The notes: a model not told the origin generated them from the sequence alone. A DNA stretch of 64,000 bases from Octopus sinensis (GCF_006345805.1 NC_043026.1:13681579-13745578), one strand, 5' to 3'. Shown: positions 40,561-55,022, counted from the first letter of the stretch. Translations and numbers: made by a program.

Positions 40561-40871
40561 GAAAAAAAAGGGCTAAATTGTGTTATGTTCTTTATTGTTC
40601 TGTTAAGCATGTGATCCTCTGATTTGTAAAAAAAAAAATTGTCTTGCATGTTGCTGGTCCATGGGGCAAAACTGTTGGGGAGTGCTGACATGGGTGACCC
40701 AATTAACTGTGGGTGTTGTGAAACGTTGTAGTCAGAGTAAGGCCACGGTGGAGAAAATCCCGCAGCCTATTAACTGTTTGTGTAACTGGGGGCCTTCGGG
40801 GCCTTCTTTCTTCCTCTGAGTGAAGGGCAAAGTGTTGTGGTGCTTGTGTACTAAGTGTGACACTGCATGGC

Positions 40872-41946
40872 ATTGGAACATGGTGAGCTGGCAGAATCGT
40901 TAGCACGCCGGGCGGAATGCGTAGCCGTTACGTTCTGAGTTCAAATTCCGCCGAGGTCGACTTTGCATTTCATCCTTTCGGGGTCAATAAATTAAGTACC
41001 AGTTACGCACTGGGGTTGATGTAATCGACTTAATCTCCTTGTCTGTCCCCTCTGTGTTTAGCCCCTTGTGGGTAGTAAAGAAATAGGTATTGGAACATGG
41101 TGAGCTGGCAGAAACGTTAGCACGCCGGGCGAAATGTGTAGCCGTATTTTGTCTGCCGTTACGTTCTGAGTTCAAATTCCGCTGAGGTCGACTTTGCCTT
41201 TCATCCTTTCGGGGTCAATAAATTAAGTACCTATTTCTTTATTACCCACAAGGGGCTAAACAAGGACAGATATAGGTATAAAGTCGATTACATCGACCCC
41301 CCAGTATGTAACTGGTACTTAATTTATCGACCCCGAGAGGATGAAAGGCAAAGTCGACCTCGGCGGAATTTGAACTCACAACGTAACGACAGACGAAATA
41401 CGGCTACGCATTCCGCCCGCCGTGCTAACGTTTCTGCCAGCTCGCTGCCTTCCAATAAATTAAGTACCAGTTACGCACTGGGGTCGATGTAATCGACTTA
41501 ATCCGTGTGTCTGTCCTTGTTTGTCCCCTCTGTGTTTAGCCCCTTGTGGGTAGTAAAGAAATAGGTATTTCGTCTGCTGTTACATTCTGAGTTCAAATTC
41601 AGTCGAAGTTGACTTTGCCTTTCATCCTTTCGGGGTTGATTAAATAAGTACCAGTTACGCACTGGGGTCGATGTAATCGACTTAATACCTATGTCTGTCC
41701 TTGTTTGTTCCCTCTGTGTTTAGCCCCTTGTGGGTAGTAAAGAAATAGGTATTTCGTTTGCCGTGACGTTCTGAGTTCAAATTCCGCCGGGGTCGACTTT
41801 GCCATTCATCCTTTCGGGGTCGATAAATTAAGTACCAGTTACGCACTGGGGTCGATGTAATCGGCTTAATCCTTTGTCTGTCCTTGTTTGTCCCCTCTGT
41901 GTTTAGCCCCTTGTGGGTAGTAAAGAAATAGGTATTGGAACATGGA
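40872..41946. mobile_element. Nested/tandem cluster of SINE family C
   Basis: TSD-like attggaacatgg occurs three times; internal inverted copy flanked by duplicated caataaattaagtacc. Confidence 0.85.
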
Positions 41947-42510
41947 TGTTGAATGTAGCAGATGTGAGAACATGCTTCAGTGGCTGTGTTATATTCTTTT
42001 CTAGTATTGGCCACATGGTTTGAAATTTTGGTGAAGGGGGGTAAGTTTATGACATCAACCCCCTCTCAACTGGTACTTATTTTATCAGCCCCAAAAGGAT
42101 GAAAGGCAAAGACTGATTTTTGAAGAATTTGAACTCAGAACGTAAAGATGAATGAGATGCTGCTAAGCATTTTGCTAGCTTGATGTCTTATTGTGGGTGT
42201 GTGATATTAGCATGGCTTGATGGTTAGAATGTCCGGCTCACAATCATGGGGTAGTGTGTTCAATTTCCAAATTGGGTCGTGTTGTGTTCTTGAGCAAGAC
42301 ACTTTATTTCACATGGTTCCAGTTCACACCCCTGCAGAAATAAGTTGCAATACCACTGGTGTCAAGCTGTATTGGCCCCTTTGCTTTCCCCCTGGACATC
42401 ATCGGTGGCATGGAGATCGGAGAGGCTGGTACACATGGGCAACTGTTGGTCTTCCACAAACAGCCTTGCCTGGACTTGTTCCTCAGAGGGGAAACTTTGT
42501 AGGCGCAATC

Positions 42511-44035
42511 TCATCATCATCGTTCGACCGTGGTCGAGACAATGGAATTTACCATGCTACGCCAGACTTCACGGTCCATCATGGCATTACGGAGGTCCTG
42601 TTGTTGGATGCCTGTATCCCTGGAGATTACATCAGGGCAGGAGAGTGTGCGCCCTCTGGTATCGCGAGTGGATGGCTTCCAGAGGAGAAGAGTAGAAATT
42701 ACCGCGTTTTCAGCTCTACAACAATGTCCAGCAAACTGGACTCTCCTACCTTTCACAAGAGATGACACAGGTGGTAGTTTCCCATATATTTGTACTTTGG
42801 TTGGATGACGCTTCCATGAGAGATTTTGAGCTCTCATAAGGAGGCGAGTGTAGGTTCCATCCAACCACCTCTCGAGCTTCTTTGATAACGTCCAGGTTTC
42901 TGAGCCATAGAGTAGAATTGGTTCGACTGGTATCGCGAGCAGATGGCTTCCAGAGGAGAAGAGTAGAAATTACCTCGTTTTCAGTTCTACAACAATGTCC
43001 AGCAAACTGGACTCTTCTACCTTTCACAAGAGATGACACAGGTGGTAGTTTCCCATATATTTGCATTTTGGTTGGATGACGCTTCCACGAGAGATTTTGA
43101 GCTCTCATAAGGAGGCGAGTGTAGGTTCCATCCAACCGCCTCTCAAGCTTCTTTGATAACGTCCAGGTTTCTGAGCCATAGAGTAGAATTGGTTGGACTG
43201 GTATTGCTAGTAGATGGCTTCCAGAGGAGAAGAGTAGAAATTACCTCGTTTTCAGTTCTACAACAATGTCCAGCAAACTGGACTCTTCTACCTTTCACAA
43301 GAGATGACACAGGTGGTAGTTTCCCATATATTTGCATTTTGGTTGGATGACGCTTCCACGAGAGATTTTGAGCTCTCATAAGGAGGCGAGTGTAGGTTCC
43401 ATCCAACCGCCTCTCAAGCTTCTTTGATAACGTCCAGGTTTCTGAGCCATAGAGTAGAATTGGTTCGACTGGTATCGCGAGCAGATGGCTTCCAGAGGAG
43501 AAGAGTAGAAATTACCTCGTTTTCAGTTCTACAACAATGTCCAGCAAACTGGACTCTTCTACCTTTCACAAGAGATGACACAGGTGGTAGTTTCCCATAT
43601 ATTTGCATTTTGGTTGGATGACGCTTCCACGAGAGATTTTGAGCTCTCATAAGGAGCGAGTGTAGGTTCCATCCAACCGCCTCTCAAGCTTCTTTGTAAC
43701 GTCCAGGTTCTGAGCCATAGAAGAATTGGTTGGACTGGTATTGCTAGTAGATGGCTTCCAGAGGAGAAGTAGAAATTACCTCTTTTTCAGCTCTACAACA
43801 ATGTCCAGCAAACTGGACTCTCTTACCTTTCACAAGAGATGACACAGGTGGTAGTTTCCCATATATTTGCATTTTGGTTGGATGACGCTTCCACGAGAGA
43901 TTTTGAGCTCTCATAAGGAGGCGAGTGTAGGTTCCATCCAACCGCCTCTCAAGCTTCTTTGATAACATCCAGGTTTCTGAGCCATAGAGTAGAATTGGTT
44001 CGACTGTGGCTTTGAAGATTTCAAGTTTGAAATCT
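42511..44035 (-). mobile_element. 5'-truncated RTE-clade LINE 3' end with five-fold 271-bp internal tandem amplification
   Basis: ILLYGSETW.LSKKLERRLDGTYTRLL...VQFAGHC...AMMDREVWRSMV; (TGA)n tail; period 271 (43135 to 43406). Confidence 0.88.
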
Positions 44036-44787
44036 CATGGTCATCTTTACCCTTTATAAGGAATTAGCATGCATGAATGACTGAGCACAGGTGAGCTGTG
44101 GGAATGGGTGTAAGAGGGTCCAGCTGTAGTGTGGAAGGGAGAAGACCCCAACCTGTATGGATATGTGTGGAGGATAACTGGAAGGGATGAAGAAGTACCA
44201 AGGGATTGAACAAGAGAGGGAAACTGGGGAAGGGAAACATTTGGGAACAAGTAGGGATCTTATCTAAAGATGTTGGGCCTCACAATCGAGATAAACCCAA
44301 ACAACCCGTGCAGACACGAGAGCGATACGAATCTTATAGGGTGGTCATGTTGATGATCGTATGTAGTGTGTGTCATCATCATCAATGTCATCTAACATCC
44401 GCTTTCCGTGCTGGCATGGGTTGGATGGTTTGACTGAGAACTGGCAAGCTGAGAGGCTGCACCAGGCTTCAGTCTGATCTGGCAATGTTTCTACAGCTTG
44501 ATGCCCTTTCTAATGCCAACCACTCCAAGAGTGTACTGGGTGTTTTGTATGTGCCAGTCAGGTGGCACTGGCATCGACCCCGGCTGCGATTTCACTCGGG
44601 TCTTCACAAGCACTGCATATTGCCCAACAATTCAAGGGTGCTTTTAAATGGCCCAGTTATGCGACACATACGTGTGTATATATGTATGTGTATGTACATG
44701 TGTGTGTATATGTATATATATTGGTAAAAACGGTAAGATAACAAAAGAAAGAAAGAGACCTCAATATTATGTAAATAGAGGAAATTT

Positions 44788-44958
44788 ATCTGTAAATATA
44801 ATATGTGACAATTATTCAATAGTCAAGATAAAACTCTGAGTTTCGGATCAGTAGCCAAGATAACCGAAGAGATGGTGTTGTGGATTTCCACCTCAGCATC
44901 CGAAACTCAGAGTTTTATCTTGGCTATTGAATAATTGTCACATATTATTTTACAGATA
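44788..44958. mobile_element. Foldback with hammerhead-like motif (Penelope-type inverted pLTR remnant)
   Basis: ~60-bp inverted arms; hammerhead-like fold at 44852-44926. Confidence 0.65.
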
Positions 44959-44967
44959 TATGTATAT

Positions 44968-45729
44968 ATATAATAATAAGAGTAAATAATTCCTATAATG
45001 GTTTTTAAAAAAAACCAACAATTATTTACTGGTAGAATTCGGTATGTAAATATAGCCGATTAACGGTAGGAGCTTCTGTAAAGTTCAGTATATATATTGT
45101 ATATAAATAAATGGGGGCAGGCAAACATATATACTGAACTTTACAGAAGTTCCTACCGTTAATCGGTTATATTTACATACCGAATTCTACCAGTAAATAA
45201 TTGTTATAGGAATTATTTACTCTTATTATTATATTACTAATTGGAATTTTCACTCCCTTACGACAACCCATAGTTCCTACCTCTAAGGAACTATTCTTGT
45301 AATGCGCATGGCAAAATTTTGGAGGGTAAATTTACGAATTCAACTGTCTATATAGGTTTAGCCTATGCTCACTTCCTTCAACTATTTTGATGTCGCATGA
45401 TCAGAAGGTTTGAGGTACGTAGCATTTGATAAATCTATTTCAGTGGAGAGTTGCGCCGATGACGGATGTGAAATATGTATGTAATATATATTAAAAATAT
45501 ATATGAAATATATATTCAATATATTTATAATCCAGAAAAATGATGTTCGCAGATAACCACCAGATTTTGTTTTCGTTATCTATTCCTTCTGTTTTGCATA
45601 TGTGAATTACAAGGGTATGTCGTATGTGGAGTCCCACTTGTAGAAAATAGAAATAAACAGTCTTGACTGCTATTTCTAATTTTTCGGTATGCGGCCAAGC
45701 AACTTGTTGCCTGCCCCATTTATTTATAT

Positions 45730-45740
<11 letters not shown>
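44968..45740. mobile_element. Foldback element (~110-bp arms, 44968-45234) with a further inverted end at ~45707-45740; probable Penelope-type remnant
   Basis: Arms are near-perfect reverse complements; degenerate hammerhead-like motif at 45452-45551; (TA)n flanks. Confidence 0.6.
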
Positions 45741-45783
<43 letters not shown>

Positions 45784-45995
45784 ATATATTATATATTTCA
45801 TTCGCATAAGTGTACATGTATCTTGTGTAGGTGTAACTGTGCATGCATATCTATGTAGACACTTGTGTATATATGTATAGGTGTGTGTTTTCTGCATGTA
45901 TATATATAAATATGTATAGGTGTACCTGTATCTGTGTGTGTATGTGTGTGTTTATGAATATATTCATTGGCATCTTCTTTTTGTAACATTTACAG

Positions 45996-46251
45996 CGCAG
46001 TCTGAAGCAACGGTTGGGCAAAAGCAACGTGAAGTCACGACTGAGCCTGTCGGTGATGAGGGGGCGTGGCGGGCGCGGGCGGTCAAGAGGCGGGCGCTTC
46101 AGGGGGCGAGGACTGAACCCAGGTATGCGGGGCATGTCAGGACGGGGCCGGGGCTCCAACCTGTCTCGACAGCACAGTGCACTCTCGCTGGGGACAAGCG
46201 GCCCTGGTGGTATGGAGGATGGACGCAATATGCCAATGTTACGTGGACGAG
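45996..46251 (+). CDS. CHTOP: CHTOP coding exon 3 (RSLKQRLGKSNVKSRL...RGRGGRGRSRGGRFRGRG...MLRGR-G), start of the GAR/RGG domain
   Basis: tttacag acceptor in phase 0; 'SLKQRLGKSN' is as in vertebrate CHTOP; donor G|gtaatg in phase 1. Confidence 0.92.
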
Positions 46252-46488
46252 GTAATGTATTTTAAATAATATACACTCCCTACATATATATATATAAATA
46301 ATATATATATACACATATATATACATATATATATACACATATATATATATATATTCATATATATATATATTCATATATATATATACACATATATATATAT
46401 ATATACACATATACATTATATATACACATATACATATACACATATACATATATATTATATATACACATATACATATATATATACACAT

Positions 46489-46520
<32 letters not shown>

Positions 46521-46559
46521 CATACAAACATACACACATATATATATATATGCATATAT

Positions 46560-46843
46560 ATCACGTGACCGACCAGACCATCAGATGTTACACATTGCTG
46601 GTCACAATGCATTCGCATTGTTTTAGCCTTCGAATGACGCCACCCCGCTGGCTAAGCGAGCAGGCCAACAGAAGAAAGAGTGGTGAAAGAGTACAGCAGG
46701 GATCACCACCCCCTGCCGGAGCCTCGTGGAGCTTTTAGGTGTTTTCGCTCAATAAACACTCACAACACCCGGTCTGGGAATCGAAACCACGATCCTACGA
46801 CCGCGAGTCCGCTGCCCTAACCACTGGGCCATTTTGCCTCCAC
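46560..46843 (-). mobile_element. tRNA-headed SINE (B-like head, distinct body)
   Basis: Reverse complement of tggcccagtggttagggcagcggactcgcggtcgtaggatcgtggtttcgattccc. Confidence 0.7.
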
Positions 46844-46870
46844 ATATACATATATATACATATATACATA

Positions 46871-47108
46871 CAGGGTGTGGATGGTATTTGAAGACATGCA
46901 TTTTTAGTCATTATTTTATTTGACTAATTTTTATTGAACTTCTATTTCAGAAATTAACATTGATAGGCCCTATGCTTACTAATGAAATGAAAAGACATTC
47001 TGTGATTGTGGCTTTGAAGGCTAAGCAGGGTGGTTTAGAAATTTCTCATTTTCTGAAAGTTGCAAGATCTTTTGTCTGCAAGATTCAATGTGAGTTAGAG
47101 AAAGATGG
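46871..47108 (+). mobile_element. Tc1/mariner (maT-like) 5' end: TA|CAGGGTG TIR start and N-terminal HTH fragment
   Basis: MKRHSVIVALKA...EISHFLKVARSFVCKI, truncated by a SINE. Confidence 0.6.
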
Positions 47109-47744
47109 GATGCGTCCATGCTGGAGCTCCACCTTTAGTCGAGCAAATCGACCCCAGCACTTATTCTATCGGTCTCTTTTGCCGAACCACTAAGTTACGG
47201 GGACATAAACACACCAGCATCGGTTGTCAAGCGATGTTGGGAGGACAAACATACATACATACATATATATATATACACGACGGGCTTCTTTCAGTTTCCG
47301 TCCACTCACAAGGCTTTGGTCTGCCCGGGGCTATAGTAGAAGACACTTGCCCAAGGTGCCACGCAGTGGGACTGAACCTGGAGCCATGTGGTTGGTAAGC
47401 AAGCTACTTACCACACAGCCACTCTTGCGTGCGGTAGTATCTCTTTGGCCTGAGGCTATAACAGAAGACACTTGCCCAAGATGCCACGCAGTGGGACTGA
47501 ACCCAGAGCCATGTGGTTGGTAAGCAAGCTACTTACCACACAGCCATGCCTGAGCCATAGAACTATTTCTCAACAGCAAACTCCTCTACTCCATGAAACC
47601 GCTATCCTCACACTCACCTTCATACATCTGCATATTGCACTCTCTCATATGCCTGCGTACTGACCATCTCTCTCACGTCTGTTATACTGTACTTCGTTGC
47701 ACACACATTTGCTAGCCATCAGTTACACACCTTTCTATACTTAA

Positions 47745-47965
47745 CCCTTTCGTTACCAACCCGGCTGAAACTGGCTCTGGCTCTGTAGTACAAACGTCTT
47801 GTTTTCATAAGTTTTGAATTCAAATCTTCCACCAAACCTTAGTCACAGTTTATGTTCTTAACACTAGCTTAATGATAACTGAGTTATTTTACTAAATTCT
47901 TTGTTATATTTAAAGTAATTGAAAAAAATACAGAGCATCTCAAAATAAATACAGTAACGAAAGGG
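47745..47965. mobile_element. Intact single piggyBac-type MITE
   Basis: TTAA on both sides (47741-44, 47966-69); perfect 12-bp TIR ccctttcgttac/gtaacgaaaggg. Confidence 0.85.
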
Positions 47966-48019
47966 TTAATGTACCCAGTAACAAATTAGAACAACACCAA
48001 CCCTACTTCTCTGTTGCAG

Positions 48020-48137
48020 GTCGTGGAGGCAGTAGTGGGAGATTCCGTGGCGGGGGCCGTCAGAGGTTCCGTGGTGGGGGCCGTGGCATGGGCCCCGGAG
48101 GAGGCGGAGGAAACATGGGTGGTGGACCCTATATGAA
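48020..48137 (+). CDS. CHTOP: CHTOP coding exon 4 (G-RGGSSGRFRGGGRQRFRGGGRGMGPGGGGGNMGGGPYM-K), RGG-rich
   Basis: ttgcag acceptor compatible with phase 1, open RGG-rich frame, consensus donor AA|gtaagt (phase 2). Confidence 0.88.
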
Positions 48138-48522
48138 GTAAGTGTGACCCTCTTTTTGTTGCTTGTATTGTTGTTGTTGTAAATTCATCATCATCATCAT
48201 TTAATGTCTGTTTTCCATGCTGGCATGGGTTGGACAGTTTGACAAATAGTTGGCAAGCCAGAGGGTTGCACCTGGCTCCAGTCATCTGTTTTGACATTGT
48301 TTCCATGGGTGGATACCCTTCCTAATGCCAACCATTTTATAGAATGTACAGGTGCTCTATATGTGGCACCAACACGAGTACTTTTCATGTGGCACCAGCG
48401 CATGTGTTTTTTGACATGGCACCAGTGCCACTCATACACACGTTTATGAACATGTGTTTATACATATGTACAGATATATGTGTATGTATATCTATCTATC
48501 TATATATATATATATATATATA

Positions 48523-48753
48523 CCGGAGTAAACACATAAATGTGAAACAAGGTGGAAAAAAAGAGTACTCAAATACCAGGGGTAGAGTAATGTGCTTTAT
48601 TTAAAGCAGCAGAAAATTCAACAAAACCTGTTACTCGGCGTTTCACGTTCCCGTTCGTTGGACAGTTTTTGCTAGAAAAAACTGTCCGATGAACGGGAAC
48701 ATGAAACTCAGAGTAACAGGTTTTGTTGAATTTTCTGCTGCTTTTAAATAAAG
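48523..48753. mobile_element. Inverted pair of Penelope-like pLTR remnants, each with a minimal hammerhead motif
   Basis: 48523-48670(-) and 48676-48753(+), same family as 20338-20482. Confidence 0.68.
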
Positions 48754-48997
48754 TATATATATATATATTTCTTTACTACCCACAAGGGGCTAAACATAGA
48801 GAGGACAAACAAGGACAGACTAAGGGATTAAGTCGATTACATCAACCCCACTGTGAAACTAGTACTTTGTTTATCGACCTCGAAAGAATGAAAGGCAAAG
48901 TCGGCCTCGGCGGAATTTGAACCCAGAACGTAACAACAGACGAAATACCGCTAAGCATTTTGCTCAGCATGCTAACGTTTCTGCCAGCTCGCCGCCT

Positions 48998-49008
48998 TAT
49001 ATACATAC

Positions 49009-49041
<33 letters not shown>

Positions 49042-49669
49042 CATACATATATATATACATACATATATATATACATACATATATTATACATACTATATAT
49101 ATACATACATATATATATACATACTGATATATATACATACATACATATATACATACATACATATAACATACATACATATATACATACATACATACATATA
49201 TACATACATACATACATATATACATACATACATACATATATACATACATACATACATATATACTACATACATACATATATACATACATACATACATATAT
49301 ACAATATACATACATACATACATACATACATACATACATACATACATACATACATACATACCTACATACATATACATACATCATACATACATATACATAC
49401 ATATATATAACATACATATATATATACATACATATATATATACATACATATATATAATATATATATACATATATATAATATATATACATAATTATATATA
49501 TATACAATATATATATATATCTCATACATATATAATATATATATATACATATATATATATACATATCTATATATACATATATATAAATATACATTACATA
49601 TATATATATATACATATAATATATATATATATACTATATATATATATAACATATATATCTATATATACA

Positions 49670-49703
<34 letters not shown>

Positions 49704-49949
49704 ATATACATATCTAATATATATTATATATAATACATATATATATATATATATAATATATACATCTTATATATATATATACATATATATATATACATAT
49801 ATATACATATATATATATACATATATAACATATATATAATATATTATATATAATATATATAATATATACATATATATACATATATACATATATATACATA
49901 TACATACATATACATATACATACATATACATTACATACATATCATATAC

Positions 49950-49980
<31 letters not shown>

Positions 49981-50290
49981 CAATACATATACATACATAT
50001 ACATATACATACATATACATATACATACATAATATACATATACATACATATACATATACATACATATACATATACATATATATACATATACATATACATA
50101 TACATACATATACATATACATATATATACATATACATATAATACATATACATATATATACATATACACATCTATATACATATACATATTATATATACATA
50201 TACATTATATATAATATAACATATACATATATATTATACATACACATACATATACATATACATACATATACATATACAATACCTACATAT

Positions 50291-50326
<36 letters not shown>

Positions 50327-51731
50327 CACATACATATACATACACATACATATACATATACATACACATACATATACATACACATACATATACATACACA
50401 TACATATACATATACATACATATACATATACATATACATACATATACATATACATACATATACATATACATATACATACACATACATATACATATACATA
50501 CACATACATATACACATACATACACATACACATACATATACATACACATACATATACATATACATACACATACATATACATATACATACACATACACATA
50601 CATATACATACACATACACATACATATACATACACATACACATACATATACATACACATACACATACATATACATACACATACACATACACATACATACA
50701 CATACACATACATATACATACACATACACATACATATACTAACACATACACATACAGATACATACATAGACACCTACATATACATACACATACACATACA
50801 TATACATAAACATACACATACACATACATATACATACACATACACATACACATACATACACATACACATACACACACGACACATACACATACATACACTA
50901 CACATACACATACACACACATACACATACACATACACACACATCACATACACATACACACACATACACATACACATACACATACATACACATACACATAC
51001 ACCATACCATACACATACATACACATACACATACACATACATACACATACACATAACACATACAATACACATACACATACACATACATACACATACAACA
51101 CACATACACATACAATACACATACACATACACATACATACACACCAACACATACATACACATACATACACATACATACACATACACATCACATACATACA
51201 CATACACATACACACCATACACATACACATACACATACATACACATACACATACACATACATACACATACACATAACACATACATACACATACACATACA
51301 ACCTACACATACACATACACATACATACACATACACACACACACACATACACATACACACACATACACATACACAATACACATACATACACATACACATA
51401 CACACACATACACATACCCATACACACACATACACATACATCACATACACATACACATACACATACAACATACATCACATACACATACATACACATACAC
51501 ATACACATACCATACACATACACATACCCATACATACACATACACATACATACACATACACACATACATACACATACACATACACCACATACACATACAC
51601 ATACACACACATACACATACACATACACACACATACACATACACATACACATACATACACATACAACATACATACACATACACATACCCACTACATACAC
51701 AACACATACACATACATACACATACACATAC

Positions 51732-51762
<31 letters not shown>

Positions 51763-52582
51763 TACATACACATACACATACACATACATACACATACACA
51801 TACACATACATACACATACACATACACATACATACACATACACATACATACACATACACATACACATACATACACATACACATACACATACATACACATA
51901 CACATACACATACATACACATACACATACACATACATACACATACACATACACACACATACACATACACATACACACACATACACATACACATACACATA
52001 CATACACATACACATACACATACATACACATACACATACACATACATACACATACACATACACATACATACACATACACATACACATACATACACATACA
52101 CATACACACACATACACATACACATACACACACATACACACACACACATACACATACACACACACACACATACACATACACACACACACACATACACATA
52201 CACACACACACACATACACATACACACACACACACATACACATACACACACACACACATACACATACACACACATACACATACACATACACACACATACA
52301 CATACACAACCACACATACACATACACATACATACACATACACATACACACACATACACAGATACACATACACACACATACACATACACATACACACCAT
52401 ACACATACACATACACACACATACACATACACATACACACACATACAATACACATACCACACACACACATACACATACACATCACACCATACACATACAC
52501 ATACACACACATACACATACACACACACATACACATACACACACACATACACATACACACACACATACACATAACACCACAC

Positions 52583-52615
<33 letters not shown>

Positions 52616-52718
52616 TACACATACACACACATACACATACACATACACACACATACACATACACATACACACACATACACATACACATACACACACATAC
52701 ACATACACATACACACAC

Positions 52719-52753
<35 letters not shown>

Positions 52754-53769
52754 TACACATACACATACACACACATACACATACACACACATACACATAC
52801 ACATACACACACATACACATACACATACACACACATACACATACACATACACACACACATACACATACACATACACACACATACACATACACATACACAC
52901 ACATACACATACACATACACACACATACACATACACATACACACACATACACATACACATACACACACATACACATACACATACACACACATACACATAC
53001 ACATACACACACATACACATAACACATACACACACATACACATACACATACACAACATACACATACACATACACACACATACACTACACATACACACACC
53101 ATACCCATACACATACACACACATACACATACACTACACACACATACACATACACACACACACACATACAACACCACACACATACACATACACACACATA
53201 CACATAACACACCAACACACATCCACATACACATACACACACATACACATACACATACACACACATACACATACACATACACACACATACACATACACAT
53301 ACATACACATACACATACACATACATACACATACACATACATACACATACACATACACATACATACACATACACATACACATACATACACATACACATAC
53401 ACATACATACACATACACATACATACATACACATACAATACATATACATACACACTACACATACATACACATACACATACACATACATACCATACACATA
53501 CATATACATACACATACACATACATATACATACACATACACATACATACACATACACATACACATACATACACATACACATACACATACATACACATACA
53601 CATACATATACATACACATACACATACATACACATACACATACACATACATACACATACACATACACATACATATACATACACATACATATACATATACA
53701 TACACATACATATACATATACATACACATACATATACATACACATACATATACATATACATACATATAC

Positions 53770-53825
<56 letters not shown>

Positions 53826-53879
53826 ATATACATACATACATATACATATATATATATACATATACATATATCTATATAC

Positions 53880-53911
<32 letters not shown>

Positions 53912-54022
53912 ACATATACATATACATATATATACATATACATATACATACATACACATACATATACATATACATACATCTACATATACATATACATACA
54001 TATACATATATATATATATAAC

Positions 54023-54076
<54 letters not shown>

Positions 54077-55022
54077 TATACATATAGATATATATATATA
54101 CATATATATTATATATATACATATATATAATATATATACATATTATATCCATATATATATACATATATATTACATATATATATACATAGATATCTATACA
54201 TATAATATACATACATATATATATACATATATATATATACATACATATATATATACATACATATATATATACATACATAATATATACATACTCTATATAT
54301 AACATACATATATATATACATGTATACGTGTATGTATGTATACATATACGTGTATGTATGTATACATATACGTGTATGTATGTATACATATACGTGTATG
54401 TATGTATACATATACGTGTATGTATGTATACATATACGTGTATGTATGTATACATATCGTGTATGTATGTATACATATACGTGTATGTATGTATACATAT
54501 ACGTGTATGTATGTATACATACGTGTATGTATGTATACATATACGTGTATGTATGTATACATATACGTGTATGTATGTATACATATACGTGTATGTATGT
54601 ATACATATACGTGTATGTATGTATACATATACGTGTATGTATGTATACATATACGTGTATGTATGTATACATATACGTGTATGTATGTATACATATACGT
54701 GTATGTATGTATACATATACGTGTATGTATGTATACATATACGTGTATGTATGTATACATATACGTGTATGTATGTATACATATACGTGTAGTATGTTAA
54801 CATATACGTGTATGTATGTATACATATACGTGTATGTATGTATACATATACGTGTATGTATGTATACATATACGTGTATGTATGTATACATATACGTGTA
54901 TGTATGTATACATATACGTGTATGTATGTATACATATATGTGTATGTATGTATACATATATGTGTATGTATGTATATATACATACATACATACATATATA
55001 AATATACATACATATATAAATA
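48998..55022. repeat. ~6-kb compound (TA/TACA/TACACA)n satellite including a 22-bp homogeneous array at 54322-54970
   Basis: Seen directly; 22-bp unit cgtgtatgtatgtatacatata. Confidence 0.95.
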
